From Pelomyxa schiedti (Eukaryota > Protista > Evosea): a DNA stretch of 64,000 nucleotides. Where the stretch lies: contig JAHLWZ010000795.1 in the NCBI GenBank assembly GCA_020536535.1, forward strand, positions 62,001 through 126,000. Direction: 5' to 3'. The stretch's first letter is position 1; each line of letters starts with the position of its first letter. This document shows positions 1 to 11,674 of this stretch, one piece after another. The position numbers and the translations under genes were made by a program. The notes beneath the pieces were generated by a model. It made no database searches and was not told where the DNA came from. It worked only from the letters and a program-made list of their open reading frames with translations.

Positions 1-932
1 GCAGGAAAATAAAATTGGCAAGGCTCACGTCAAGTCACAACTGAGGTTCCCAAACTGGGAGTGCCCCGAGGCAGTGGACATCCTTGAACTACAAGTGCAT
101 AGCTCTTTTAATTCATATTATACAATCCGAATCATAAAAACGAAGCTTCACTTGACTCTCCTCAGTTAGAAATAGAGCACCAAGTGGCACTCTCCACGAA
201 ACAATGTGCCGAGTGCAAAGCCCGGGGGACCCCACCGGATTCCCCTGTCACAAAGGAATCACGCCGCTGGCTGAGATACAAGGAAAACTGGGATGTGCAC
301 AGGGCGGAGGAGCCATTGAGTGACGAGAGGCAAATCGTTCTTGTGGAAGGATTCCTATTACTCATTGACAATCCTGTAATTTATAACTTTGACAAGAAAA
401 TTTTCCTAAGGTACATGGCCCCTTCGCCACATTATATTCACATACTCTCAATAGTGCCAATCACGGCGTTTGTCATGACCGGCGTATGTCAACAACATCT
501 GTTCCTGAATCCTATTTTGATGCCATGATTTGGCCCAATTGTATCTAAGCTGTCCATCCATTTGCCGTCCGCTGCTAACATTACAAATATGTAGATATAA
601 AATACAATACTCATTTGAAGAAATGGTGCCAGGATGGAATGGATCTGTGTGTTATTGATGCCACACTTTCCCCAAACGAAGTGGAACATGTTGCCGTAGA
701 ATATATCGAAGGGCGTCACACAATTGATCACAGTGAATCACTCAAGCTTCTGGATATTTCGCAAGTAGCACACGATTTCGACCAATCCCTCCTGCAGCCT
801 ATTGACTTCGACAGCCTTCTTCCAGTAAAAAGGAATAAGCCTTCATCCTCCAAAGCATTCTTTATGCTGGCCTCTGTGTCTTTGGTTATCCTGCTGTTTT
901 CGTCAGTGCTTGTGGCACGAAAGTACTTATGA
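1..932 (+). CDS. Nicotinamide riboside kinase-like P-loop kinase with C-terminal transmembrane tail (5' truncated by window edge, multi-exon)
   Basis: Exons translate to NWECPEAVDI, IVLVEGFLL and VPESYFDAMIWPN, matching NRK1-family motifs (W-D/E-x-P-E-A, I-L/I-x-EGFLL, P-x-x-YF-D-x-x-x-WP). Last exon ends KAFFMLASVSLVILLFSSVLVARKYL* at 932. Confidence 0.7.
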
Positions 933-1086
933 TGGGCTATAATAGCAATTACAATAAAGTTTTTTTCCTGAACAAAAAAGAAAACCACAATTTTTATAAC
1001 AACAAGTACAAGTGAAGGCAAAGTAAACCTCCACCTTTTCGGGATCGGCCGGAATTGTGTACATTTGTATGGTGGTGTGTGAATTA

Positions 1087-3775
1087 TTAACTGCCGCTGT
1101 CAGTGTGTTGTGGTGAGGGTTGTTGAGTTGTTGTGGAGTAGTTGAGGTGAAGGTTCAGGTGCTCGACTGCCTTGACCGCTCCCTACGTTTTGGTGAGGAG
1201 CGAACAGCGCGAAGCTAGTTAACTGTAACCTGATCAATGGCATACTTCCACAGTCTCACGGCTTCTCTAATATCCTTGCAAACTCCTGTTCTTCTGTTAT
1301 GACTGAGAAAGAGTACAAGACCCTTACCATGCCCATTCTCGTAGCATATTCCCAGACGCATCAAACTTTGTCCGTGCCCCTGGTCCGCAGCTAGCGCATA
1401 CAGTTTGATTGCCTCTGTGGTATCTTTTGGTATGCCATCTCCAACTTCATGGCGTTGTGCAAGATAAAACTGTGCCCTAAAGAATATAAGAAAGCAGTGT
1501 ATAACTTGATATTGGCGTTCCTTGGGTACCCATTCTCCGCAGATAATTTGTAGAATTTAACAGCTTCTGGAATATCCTGTCCATTACATTAACAATTCAG
1601 AAAGTGAGGAGGGATTAGAAAGATGCCTTCTGTACTCCCTTACCGTTTGCGTAACACACTCCAAGGCAGCAGAGCGCGCGTGCCAGACCGCGCTCTGCTG
1701 CTAGTCGGTAAAGGCGAACTGCTTCCTCTGGGTTCTTTTTGGATATTAAACATGTGATTTGTTTGTATTCGTAATTAGACTTACATGGCTTACAGCAACT
1801 CCATTTTCATAACATACACCAAGGCAACAGAGAGCTTGGGCTAAGCCCTGATCCTCTGATGCAGCTAACATATACAATTGTACAGCTTTATTTACATTCT
1901 ACCCCCTGTGAAAAAAAAAAGGAAAAAGATACTAGAAGCACCTTTTCTACTCCACGTCCATTCTCATAACAAACGCCAAGCCAACACTGACCCTAGAAAA
2001 CTATAAATAGGGAGTTAGTACAATCAAATAAACCTGGGCTAGGTTTTGGTCTGCTGCACACTGGTACAATCGGGCTGCTTCCTCGATATCTGTTTCAGTA
2101 AATTTGAGGAATGCTTCAAGTTGCTGTACCTTTCTTTACACCAGACCCGTGCTCATAACAGACTCCTATAAATTGTGAATTAAACATACTTACTCAAGAA
2201 TCAGTACCTAGCCAGGCTTGAGCTGGGGCATAGCCTCTAGAAGCCGCAATAGATGCAACGTTCGCTGCTTCTGCACTATTGTGTCGCACGTTTCTTAACC
2301 ATGATGCTTTGATGACAAACCAGGCGAGAGATGACGATTCTCTACTGAAGAAATGTTCAGCTTGTTTCTGTGCCTCTTGAGGGGCATTTTGTGCTCTTCT
2401 ATTGAGCATTCCAGTGTGGTCTTTGAATACCGCATCAGCAGATGGCCAGTTGAAATTTCGTGGAAAATAAAGCCTCATTGCACGAAGTGCTAATATTGCT
2501 GGAATAAATGTTTCATCCAGGCGGAGAGATTCTTCCAGGAGTACTCGAGCCTGGGGTGTGTGCAGTGTGGCAATTGCTTCTGTAGTTAGTCTCTCTGCTA
2601 AAAAAAAAAAGTCAATATACGGAGAAAAGAAAGGGGTACTGACCTGTGCATGGAGTACATCTACTTATATCCAGAGGTGGGGCTTCCTTTATCAGAGTTG
2701 GTATTTGCCAAATCGAGTAATCAAAACAAACAGGAAACCTTGATACCAAGATCTATTAATGTTGCCAGAACTGTTGGCCTCATATTTATATCCTTATTCA
2801 GTAGCTTTTCAAGTAGATGCGCTGGTTCGGGAAAGTATGTAGATGGAATGGTCTCAGAGAGTGGCAAGTGTCTGTCTTCTTGTGTGTACTGTCGGCCAAG
2901 AACTAGATAGAATACAATTGTTCCCACACTCCATAGATCAATTTTGCTTAGAGTCGCTTGATCAGAGAGAGAGGATGAAGAGCATTGAGATGGATGAACA
3001 ATGCCACAGAGGGAGCACGGAACGGCAAGAGATGTCGCAGTTCTAGGGCCTGACTCAACAGAGTTGACTGTGAGGACATCAGCCCTGTCAAACCCTCCAA
3101 TTTGAAGTGTGCTATCAGGCGTGACAAAGAACGAATTTGGCCGCAGTGTTGTATGAAAAACGAAGTTTGTGTGTAGGAAATGTAGGCACTGCAACATTTT
3201 TACAATGAAATCAATTAGGTGTCCAGCAGGCATTCCCTGAATGGAGTGTAAGAGACAGGTGGGTAGCACGAGAAACCTGGTACTGAGTATCACTAAGCGA
3301 GTTTAAAAATGAATACAAGAAGCACTTGACAGGCACTCCCCCATTGATTGCTTGGGAAAGAATTGATGGAGGTATAAAACCTCGCTGTGATAAGGCCTCA
3401 AAAGGAGTGCCAATGAAAGGTCTTATGTCACTCGTGGTCGTTTCATCTGAGCTGGCTGTATTTTTATTGTCAAGTGGTTCGGTTGCCTCAGTTTGTTTCT
3501 CACTTTCAGGTGGCACATTGGAACTTTCCAAGTTGAGATCAGTTCTCATATTTGGCATAAAACAATGGCTAATGGAACGTTCATCGAGGACATCACAAAA
3601 TGACCCGTGGAAAGGGAGAAGCAGGGAACTGGGTGGAAGATGGTAAAGGACCCACTCCTCGTACTCAAATGGGCACATCCTGTTTTTTTTCAAAAAAAAT
3701 GAATAAATTAGTCAAGTAAATCAGTAACGTTCTTCACCTCGATGTTTGGTCAGTGTAGTTGAATATGACTTTCAT
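1087..3775 (-). CDS. Pseudokinase domain plus C-terminal Sel1-like (SLR) repeats, multi-exon
   Basis: ORF 2721-3293 has a kinase C-lobe (LHFLHTNFVFHTTLRPNSFF, DLWSVGTIVF, LLEKLLNKDINMRPT). Exons at 1200-2200 give Sel1 repeats (GDGIPKDTTEAIKLYALAADQG, GVCKDIREAVRLWKYAIDQ). ATG 3775 and stop 1087 inferred from GT-AG joins. Confidence 0.75.
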
Positions 3776-4390
3776 TACTAGTGACACGGGCATTTCCGGC
3801 AAACCGGGTACAGTAGCAACCCCTTTGTTTATGTTATTTTTAGTGAAAATACAGCGTATTTAACAAAGCCCTCTTTTGACGGTATTTTTTCCAGAATTAA
3901 AAAATACTGAACAGATACGTGTAACGTGGTACGTAGCCTGGTCAGACTCTTGACTGCCAATCACAGAAACAACCTCGAAACAGGCGAGGAACGCACCAAC
4001 CTCGCGTCGTGTCGCCGCTCCTTGCATAACACCGCAACTTCAAACGTGTGTATGTATAAGATCTCTACTAATATGCGTCAATGTCGCTTTCAGCACCACC
4101 CCCGGCACGTTTTCTTTTTCTTCGCGCGACGATTTTTTCTTGTTTTCGGGTAAAAGATTCCGGAACAAGTTGGGCTCTCGATCTATTGGCAGAACATCAA
4201 TGGAGTTACTCAAACTTTACCTGAAGCGACAAGAAAAGTTGCATGGGATTTTGCCCTGTGTTGATGTGCTGTTTGGTTGGGGTCGTTTGTTTTCTTTCAA
4301 ACTACACGTTCCTCCACATCTAAAACGAACTTTTCCTGAGGAAAGAACTGAGAAAAAGTTTTGATCATGGAGGAGCGTTGTTACATGCAA

Positions 4391-5997
4391 CTAGGAAGAA
4401 AGCCTATCCCCACCTTGGGCTTTTAATTCTTCGTCGAGTTCATACTGCTTCAGCTCCTGCTTCTGTGACAACTCTGCTACCACACGTGAAGCTTCCTCAG
4501 CAGATTTGCGCTTTTTCTCAACAGATTTTTGCTTTGCCTCTGCAATTGCTTCGGCTGCCTCACGTAGTTTTATGAGGTTATCAAGTTCCGATTGGAGTGT
4601 TGCAATTGACTTCCGGGCTGCCGTTGCGTTTGATTGCTCAGATTTTACTGTTGGTGCAGCAGTAGTAGGGGCATTAGTAGTTCGTGGTCTCTTTGTTTGC
4701 GGTTCCGTTGCTGATTCACCCACAAATTGGTTCCCATACACCGATGTAGTGTTGGAGGTGTTGAGGAATGCTGATGCTGCTGATGACGCGATAGAAGCAG
4801 TGCTGGGAGGAGGAATGGGTGCAGGAAAAGTGGGAGTGCTAGTGAAGGTAGGGGAGGGGTCTGTGGAATTGTTAACTGGGGTGGGAATGAGGGAAGCCGG
4901 GACGTTAGTTGCAGTGGGAGGCGGAACGGGAAGAGCGGGAGAGCTCGTTTGTGGTAGTGGTTGTGACTGTGACTGTGATTGCGATGACGATTGCGATTGC
5001 GATGGCGATTGTACAGCGAACGGGCTGCCGCTCTTCTTACCCGGAACTTGATAGAGTGGTGAAATTTGGTCAGCATTTACTGAAGGAACAGACCCGGTCG
5101 TATTGGAAACGATACTGGTGAGTTGGTCTGGTATTCCTGAAGAAGCAACTGGCTGTAAGACTGGTACTGGGGTGTTTGGACTAGCAGAGATATCTGTACT
5201 AGTACTACCAACGGTATTGACTTGCGCAGTAGAATCTATTGGTGCGCCAGGAGCTGGTGCTACTGTTGGGGGACCTACATTTACTGCAGTACTTTGAATT
5301 CCCTCAGCAATTCCCCTCGTAGGATTATGCTTTAGTATGAAGTCGTACAGCTTTACAGCGAGTTCACCACCTGATGCAATTTGTGCCTTGGTGCAGGCTT
5401 CCTTCAATTGGGAATCCTTCATGGAGTGAGAGCAGATATGCTCAATATATTTCAGGGAATAATGGGTTTTGTTCTTGCAGCCTTTTGCGATTACTTTCTT
5501 ATTAAAACACATAGAGGTGAGCTCGTCCTTCGAGAGCTTCTTTTTCATCAAAGTCAGAGCTTCTGCGCCTGATGGGTCCCTAAGCAGCTGTTCGATAATC
5601 ACCTCATCACTAATTGGGTTTGGCACAGGGCGTGCTGAGTCACTCGACTCTTCAGTCTTGGTATGCTTTGAGTTTTTCCTCTTTTTTCCCGCATGTGGCT
5701 TCTCCTCAGAATCGGACCCGTGCTTCTTCTTCGGCTTCTTATCTCCCCCCTCGTCGGCGATCGACTTCTTCTTCTTCTTGCCAGACTTCTCCTTCTTGAC
5801 TTTTTCCTCCTCCTTCTCCTTTTCCTTTTCCTTCTTCTCCTTCTTCCCCTTCTTCTCTTTCTTCTCCTTTTCGGCTTTCACTCCGTCGGCGCTCTTCTTT
5901 GGCCTCCCCGCCTTGGCGCCTGGTTTCCTCCCCCTCTTGGCAGGCGTGCTCGCGGCCGCAAGCGCCGCCGCCGCCGCCGCTGCCGCATTGGTCGCGG

Positions 5998-6028
<31 letters not shown>

Positions 6029-6262
6029 GAGTTGGGGTTGCCCCGGGCTCATCTGCATCGGCTGCTGGGCGCCCATCGGCATTATTCCCATGCCCATTCC
6101 TATTCCCATTCCCATGGGCATCTGCATGCCGGATGTGGGGTACGGCATGGGCGTCTGCTGCATCGGCTGCGGCATGTGCATCGTCGGTGTCATGGGCATC
6201 GGCTGCGGCATGGTGGCGTACGCGAAGTACTGGGCGTTGGCACCGGGGGGCATGCTCTCCAT
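4391..6262 (-). CDS. Low-complexity nuclear protein with AT-hook-like motif, Lys/Glu-rich NLS region and C-terminal coiled coil
   Basis: Long ORF 4391-6475 with likely start MESMPPG at 6262. Contains M/P/Q-rich N-terminus, polyQ/polyA, KRGRKPGAKAGRPKK, a KE-rich block, a small globular middle segment, an S/P/T-rich region and a heptad-like C-terminus. Confidence 0.65.
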
Positions 6263-6546
6263 GTTGGTGCGAACACTATTTGTTTTTACTCCGAAGGAGA
6301 CTCGGCGGGATCGGGGTTGTTGGTGGGTTTTTTTTTTTTTTGTTGTAGCAAAAAAAAAACTCGTTTTTCGCACTGGAGAGGAGATCAGAGAAGAAGCACC
6401 TCGCCAACGATCAGATTCTGAAGCCTCAGGGGTGCCAGCAGCACTATGGCTAAGGAAACTTGGGTTGGGTTTCAAGAAAAGGACAGACTGTTCGACTTCA
6501 TCTTCCAGATCTCATCAAATTGTCTTGCGTTTGAACACACCACGCC

Positions 6547-7117
6547 ATGTGCGATTCGCTTGGCCACTCTATATAAATACCGGTGTCAATACTTCTTACT
6601 GAGTAGTTTAAAACTCGCAGGGCAGCTGCAACGCAAAAGGTTACTTTCAAGATCACTCTGACATCTGATGTTAAGCTGCCTTACAAAGTGTACGTCCGTT
6701 TATTTGTTTGTTTTCTTTTTGGAGGCTGACTGTCGTGTATAACATCGATATATCTCTATTATGAACATTAGCCGTGTGTTTCTCTCATTTACCAACAAAA
6801 CACTATTACAGAATTAAAGTTGCCGGCAACACCCCTTTTTCTGCCGTTTTGAAATTCGCAGCTGAGGAGGTACCTTGTTTTTCGTATTTCTATCAAATCC
6901 TAACCACTTGTTCAAGTTTGGGGTTGACTGGCACAGCACAGCTATCCTCTCTAATGGTATTAACCAAATACCAAAAATAAACAACATAAAACAAACCAAC
7001 AAACACACAAAAAAAGATGGAGTTGGTATATTGCCTACACAGACTGCCAGTGAGGTTTTCCTGAAGTACGGGTCTGACCTCAGATGTATCCCAAGAGACA
7101 GAGTTGGCTCATTCTAA
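6547..7117 (+). CDS. UFM1: Ubiquitin-fold modifier 1
   Basis: Exons join to [83 protein letters not shown], the UFM1 consensus with the VG maturation site. The start appears split AT|G by intron 6549-6620. Confidence 0.95.
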
Positions 7118-7216
7118 TTGGATATTCAAGCAAGCCTTATACAACAAAACAAGTATTTGGGTGATTGATCACTCCAAAACAAAAACAACTCTTTTTACTT
7201 ACAACTGTAACACGTT

Positions 7217-9231
7217 TTACTCCTGCTGTTGGCTCGTTAATATCGTGCTGGGCTTTGTTGAAGGAGCCTTTGTTCTACTCCCATGTGGTTTGTGTGGTGT
7301 TGAGGATGCTGCTGGGGAAGTCAGTGGAGGCGTTGTTGCAGTGGGTCTTGACAATAGTCCACTTTTAGCTCCGCCTGGTGCTTTGCTCCCATCCTGTGTT
7401 ACCCACATTGAGTGGGTATGTATGTTGGAAACAAACTGGGAAAAGGGAGTGCTTACTAAGTCTGTAGAGGGCATTACGACGGACATATGCAGTGATTTTC
7501 CACTTGTAACGGCAGGGGTTTTTTCTGCGAGTGGTGTCTTGTCTAGAAGTTCTTTCAGTCTGAGGATTTGTGAGTTCATTGGGGCACAGTAGAACGTTGT
7601 ACTTTTTCAAAAACTGTTGGTCGTCTTCTGCTGTTTCAGAGGGCTCACGGAAGTCCTAATTGGATTAGTTGGAGTGTCAGAGGGGAATTTACGCACTGCT
7701 CGTTTTGTTGAGGTGCTCGGATCTTTTATGACGGTTTCAAATGGAGCATTGGGATCAGTAGAGACCTATGTTGAACACTTAGAGAAGTCTTAAAGGTCTT
7801 CTAGTCGTTTTTTAACATCAGGAAAACCTGAGGGCGTGTCTGAAAATCGAGGTCAATTTTTGCCGCTGAGTCCCAACCACAGGGTATAAATAACCTTTCT
7901 CTGTCCACGATGTTTACTTTGTGCTCGAGATGGATTCCATAGAGATGAAACAGAATATAGTCAAAAAGAACGTCGGTATTCGTCTGGCGCTTGGTTGAAC
8001 AAAATACAAGTGACGCCCCATCTTTTTCGAAGTTGTGAGAAAATTAACAGATACTTTGAACGTGAACCTTACATCTAAGGCAGATGCGCCTCAAATGGAG
8101 CTCAATAAAGTCGAGGTAAGGTTCTGATAGGCCCATCCCTTTTAGGAATTCTACCTAGTTGATGATTATCCTTCTTCTCATTCGCCTGCAGAAAAACCTT
8201 GGAGCATGCAATGATAATAGGTATGCCCAAATTCTGAGCTAAAACGCCAGGAGGAAGGGGTACCAGGGACTATTACAGTAAATTAATGATGATTTGAAGG
8301 GCAAAAGCGCACCTGGCCCTCATATCGAAAGTTATACTTCCTCTTCAGTGGGTTAGTGCCAGCATCAGGTGGAGAATTATATGCCTGCTCAACATCAGCG
8401 TAGGTCAAGAATCTACAATGTACTAAAGGGGTCACAAAGATGATAGGTTCGGGGTGGCTTACATGTTTTTTGGTGAGTGTCCATCTCTTTGGGTTCCATA
8501 TTTAGGTTTGTTATATGTTCCTAGGGAGGAGTAAAGGAAGCCTTCAATCATAAGGGGCTTTACTTGTAGTACACTCAACCATTTGGTGAGAGATTGGTTC
8601 ATATTCCATGGTTGTTGGAAATCAATAACAATCAAAATGACAGAATGAGCGAAATTTTCCTTTGTCAATGCGAGATTGAGAAGCTTGCTGTGCTTAGGGT
8701 CACCCTCAAGGTCCCACACATTTAATGTCATCAAATCTCACGCCGGGGTAAGTCAATCTTCCCGAATAGGCATCAAGTGATACCTTCTCCCTCGATTTCA
8801 ATGTAATTGTAGTCCAACCCCAAACCAGGATGAGTAGGATCCTCTGAAAGGCCCTCATCAAAACTTCGAATCACCTCAGACTTACCACTCCCTCTATCTC
8901 CTAAAAATAACCAGTTACACAAGACAGCGGGGGGGGGGGGGGAAAAAAAAAAAGCAAAGGGGACAAAGACGGTAATAATGTTCACACCCAAAACAATGAT
9001 GTGCTTTGGTTCCTCGGTCGCAGTCTTCATCCTGCTGGCTTCCCTCAACAACTGACACCACGACGAGCTGCTCATAGACGCCGAGCCAGACGACGACGAG
9101 GCCGAGGCCGAGGACGAGGACGCCGTCGCAACCCCGGACTCGCCCGCCGACGACGACAGCGAGGATGACAGGGGCGAAGACGCCACCAACAGAGGGGACG
9201 ACAGCGGTGAGCGTGACGACGATGTGCGCAT
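7217..9231 (-). CDS. DYNC1LI: Cytoplasmic dynein 1 light intermediate chain
   Basis: Exons encode IIVLGDRGSGKS (P-loop-like), LNVWDLEGDPKHSKLL..LIVIDFQQPW, QNLGIPIIIACSK and GASLVFCSTK..LYGIHL..LFIPCGWDS, all DLIC motifs. The exact 3' end is uncertain. Confidence 0.9.
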
Positions 9232-9712
9232 TGCCCCGGCTCGCCCCCGCTAAATCAAAAGACAGAATTGGGGGAACCGCCATCAAACTGGGAGTCTCCC
9301 TCTGCGGAGACTGAACCGCAGTGCACGAGGAGGAAGGAGATGCACAGCGTATGATCACAACAGACACATCCTCAGTCTTCTACAACACATCACATGCAAT
9401 TCTTTCGGTTTGGTGTTCTCATGACAGGAGGCTGGTTCAGACAGCACTCAGGTTAAGTCAAGAGCTCTGCGCGAGTCTTGTGGGCTGTATGGAACTTGTG
9501 TTCAGCTCCATTTTTGATGAAAAGCCCCCAAGAACCATGGCCACCAAGAAAGAAAATGTTCAGTAAACAGTACAAGGTGTGCAGTGGTTAGTATACATTG
9601 CAGAAATTGGGGACAAGCTTCCCCTAGAAGGGAAGAGGTCCAGGATCATTGGTTGGGGAACCCTGGCGTTTGGCTTGGAAGAGCCATTTGAATCCCATGG
9701 GATTCAACTCAA

Positions 9713-10892
9713 TCAGTCAGAGTGTGATGTAGCATTTTTCTTCCTGTCAGGGAGCGCCGTGAGAAGCTGCTCCGCTTGTGTGTTTTGTAGAAAGAACCGA
9801 GTGACAGCCTCGCCAATGAAGGAGCCAATTGCACCTCCTGCAAAAGCACCTATCCACGGGTGGCCCACAAAAAGTCCAATTCCTGTGCCAATTCCAACCC
9901 CAACGGCGAATCCAACGGAGCGGCCGATGAGTCTCTCCATCGCAGCAACAAATCTGGCCTTCTGGGCATCATAATTCTGGTGGGGCAATCAGTGATGAGT
10001 ATTTGGTGTCTTTATAATATAACATATAGATTTCAAATACCTCTCCTTTCCACCAGGCAATGAGTGCTGGACTCCCGTGCACTATCAGTGTGAGGGCCAA
10101 GTCTATAGCAATAGACGCAATAGCAACACCACCAATTGAGGTGCACCGCGGAAGCCACACATTGCACCCTGTTATCAGGTAATCGACGCATTTGAGAGCA
10201 AGCTTCCCCAGATTAACTATCATCATTTTGTTAGATGGCCATATTTCAGGCGAAAGTGAGGCTCACTTCCTATGATGACTGCATAAGCAGTCATAACAAA
10301 GAATACATCGAGGCAGGTCAACATTAAATTCAATGTCTGGAGGCAGAAGTTTTTCCCAATTTTCAGGAGAGTTGCCAGATGTTCACAGTTATTGAACTGA
10401 AATGAATAGTTATTTCGAGTTGGAATCCTACTTAATTATCAACCAGAAAGTTGTAGAATCCCACGTCTATTGTATCATCCAGGGCTTGATATGCCAGAGT
10501 TAGAGTTTGATCAGCACCAAGTGTCATCCCATCTGGATAAATCACCTGGGCACTTTTAAGGACCCCACAAAGGAGATAAGGAGTACCTTATACAGATCTC
10601 GTGGCCCACTGGGCCGTATAAATGTTGATAGCGAAGTCAAAACTACGGCAAACACTGTGCTTCATAAGGTGTTCGGAATTAATGTAAAGGTGACTGTCAG
10701 TTTACCTCCGTCCTGTTTTGTATGGTGACATACAGTGGGGTCCTCTCCTGTGTCAACTGAAATCACAATCCCATGATGAGAAATACCATAGGCCCTCTTG
10801 ACAACAATATGGTCACTTGGTTTGAGATCTTTCCATGCTTCCACTGGTTCGAATCGCACTTGCATCATATTCCATAGCTCGTTCCATTTCAT
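9713..10892 (-). CDS. LRAT/PLAAT-like (permuted NlpC/P60) acyltransferase/phospholipase domain with hydrophobic glycine-zipper C-terminus
   Basis: Exons give DHIVVKRAYGISHHGIVIS, VLTSLSTF and FYNFL|FNNCEHLAT (H..H..NCEH catalytic set), then TM-like segments and GFAVGVGIGTGIGLFVGHPWIGAFAGGAIGSFIG. Confidence 0.8.
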
Positions 10893-11488
10893 TTTGCTGG
10901 ATATGTCTGGGGAACCCAGGCAACATGACGCTGCCCAAAGATCAGGTCTGGCAGTGAAGTGTGAGATATTGGCACCATTGGAATTTTGGAATTTAACCGG
11001 TCAGATACTGGCCCCAAAATACTTTGTTTCACATTCTCTACAATTGTATCTGCAAACATAATTGCAGTTCTATATATCACCCTGTTATAGTACAAGAAAT
11101 TTAGAAGGAAAATGTATGGAAAAGGCTAATCACTTGGAGAGGAGGAATGCGCCTCCTGAAACAAAGTCATCAAGGCTCGTGGTTTGCCACTGTCCCCATC
11201 CCACCCAAACAATATCTTTCGGGCTGATAGCAATTCCTATTTGTTGTTATTTGCTAGCTGGTTGTTGATTGTTGTGGCTATAGCGCCATAAGGGTAAAAA
11301 AAACTAAAAAAGGACAATAGGGTACGATCTCTTCGCTCAGTCCCATCTCTTACACACAAGAAATGTTCTCCAGGACGCGGAATTATGGTAAGCTCACATG
11401 GCTCACACTCATAATACCGTCTCGCCATAGCTATAGAACAAAAACATAGGCTTGCGTTAGTAAAAGCAGGACCCATTTCATAACTCAC
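10889..11488 (-). CDS. Degenerate LRAT-like domain upstream of the intact one (separate paralog, or N-terminal domain of the same gene)
   Basis: PRPGEHFLCVR, WQTTSLDDFVSGG and DLIFGQRHVAW echo the LRAT motifs PGDH, TSLxxF and YNLLxNNCEHFAxW, but lack the catalytic His and Cys. Its stop overlaps the next ATG (AAAATGAAATGG). Confidence 0.4.
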
Positions 11489-11674
11489 TGCGATACTTAT
11501 GGGAGACTTGATCTATCGGAGGTTCCGTTGGGGAAGTTAAATCGACCTCTACTGCTGCCATTTAAGATGCCGTTTGTTTATGTCTCGTGTCTGGCCTCAA
11601 CAGTTTGTAAAAGTCAGTAGTAACGTATTTTCTCTTCCGAAACCAACTGGCGCAAAGCCAAGTTGATATTTCTT

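Noticed and set aside
5469-6602. Plus-strand ORFs of 377, 242 and 149 aa
   Set aside because: Antisense shadows of the low-complexity minus-strand gene (poly-F, poly-C and poly-L arise from K, Q and E codons).
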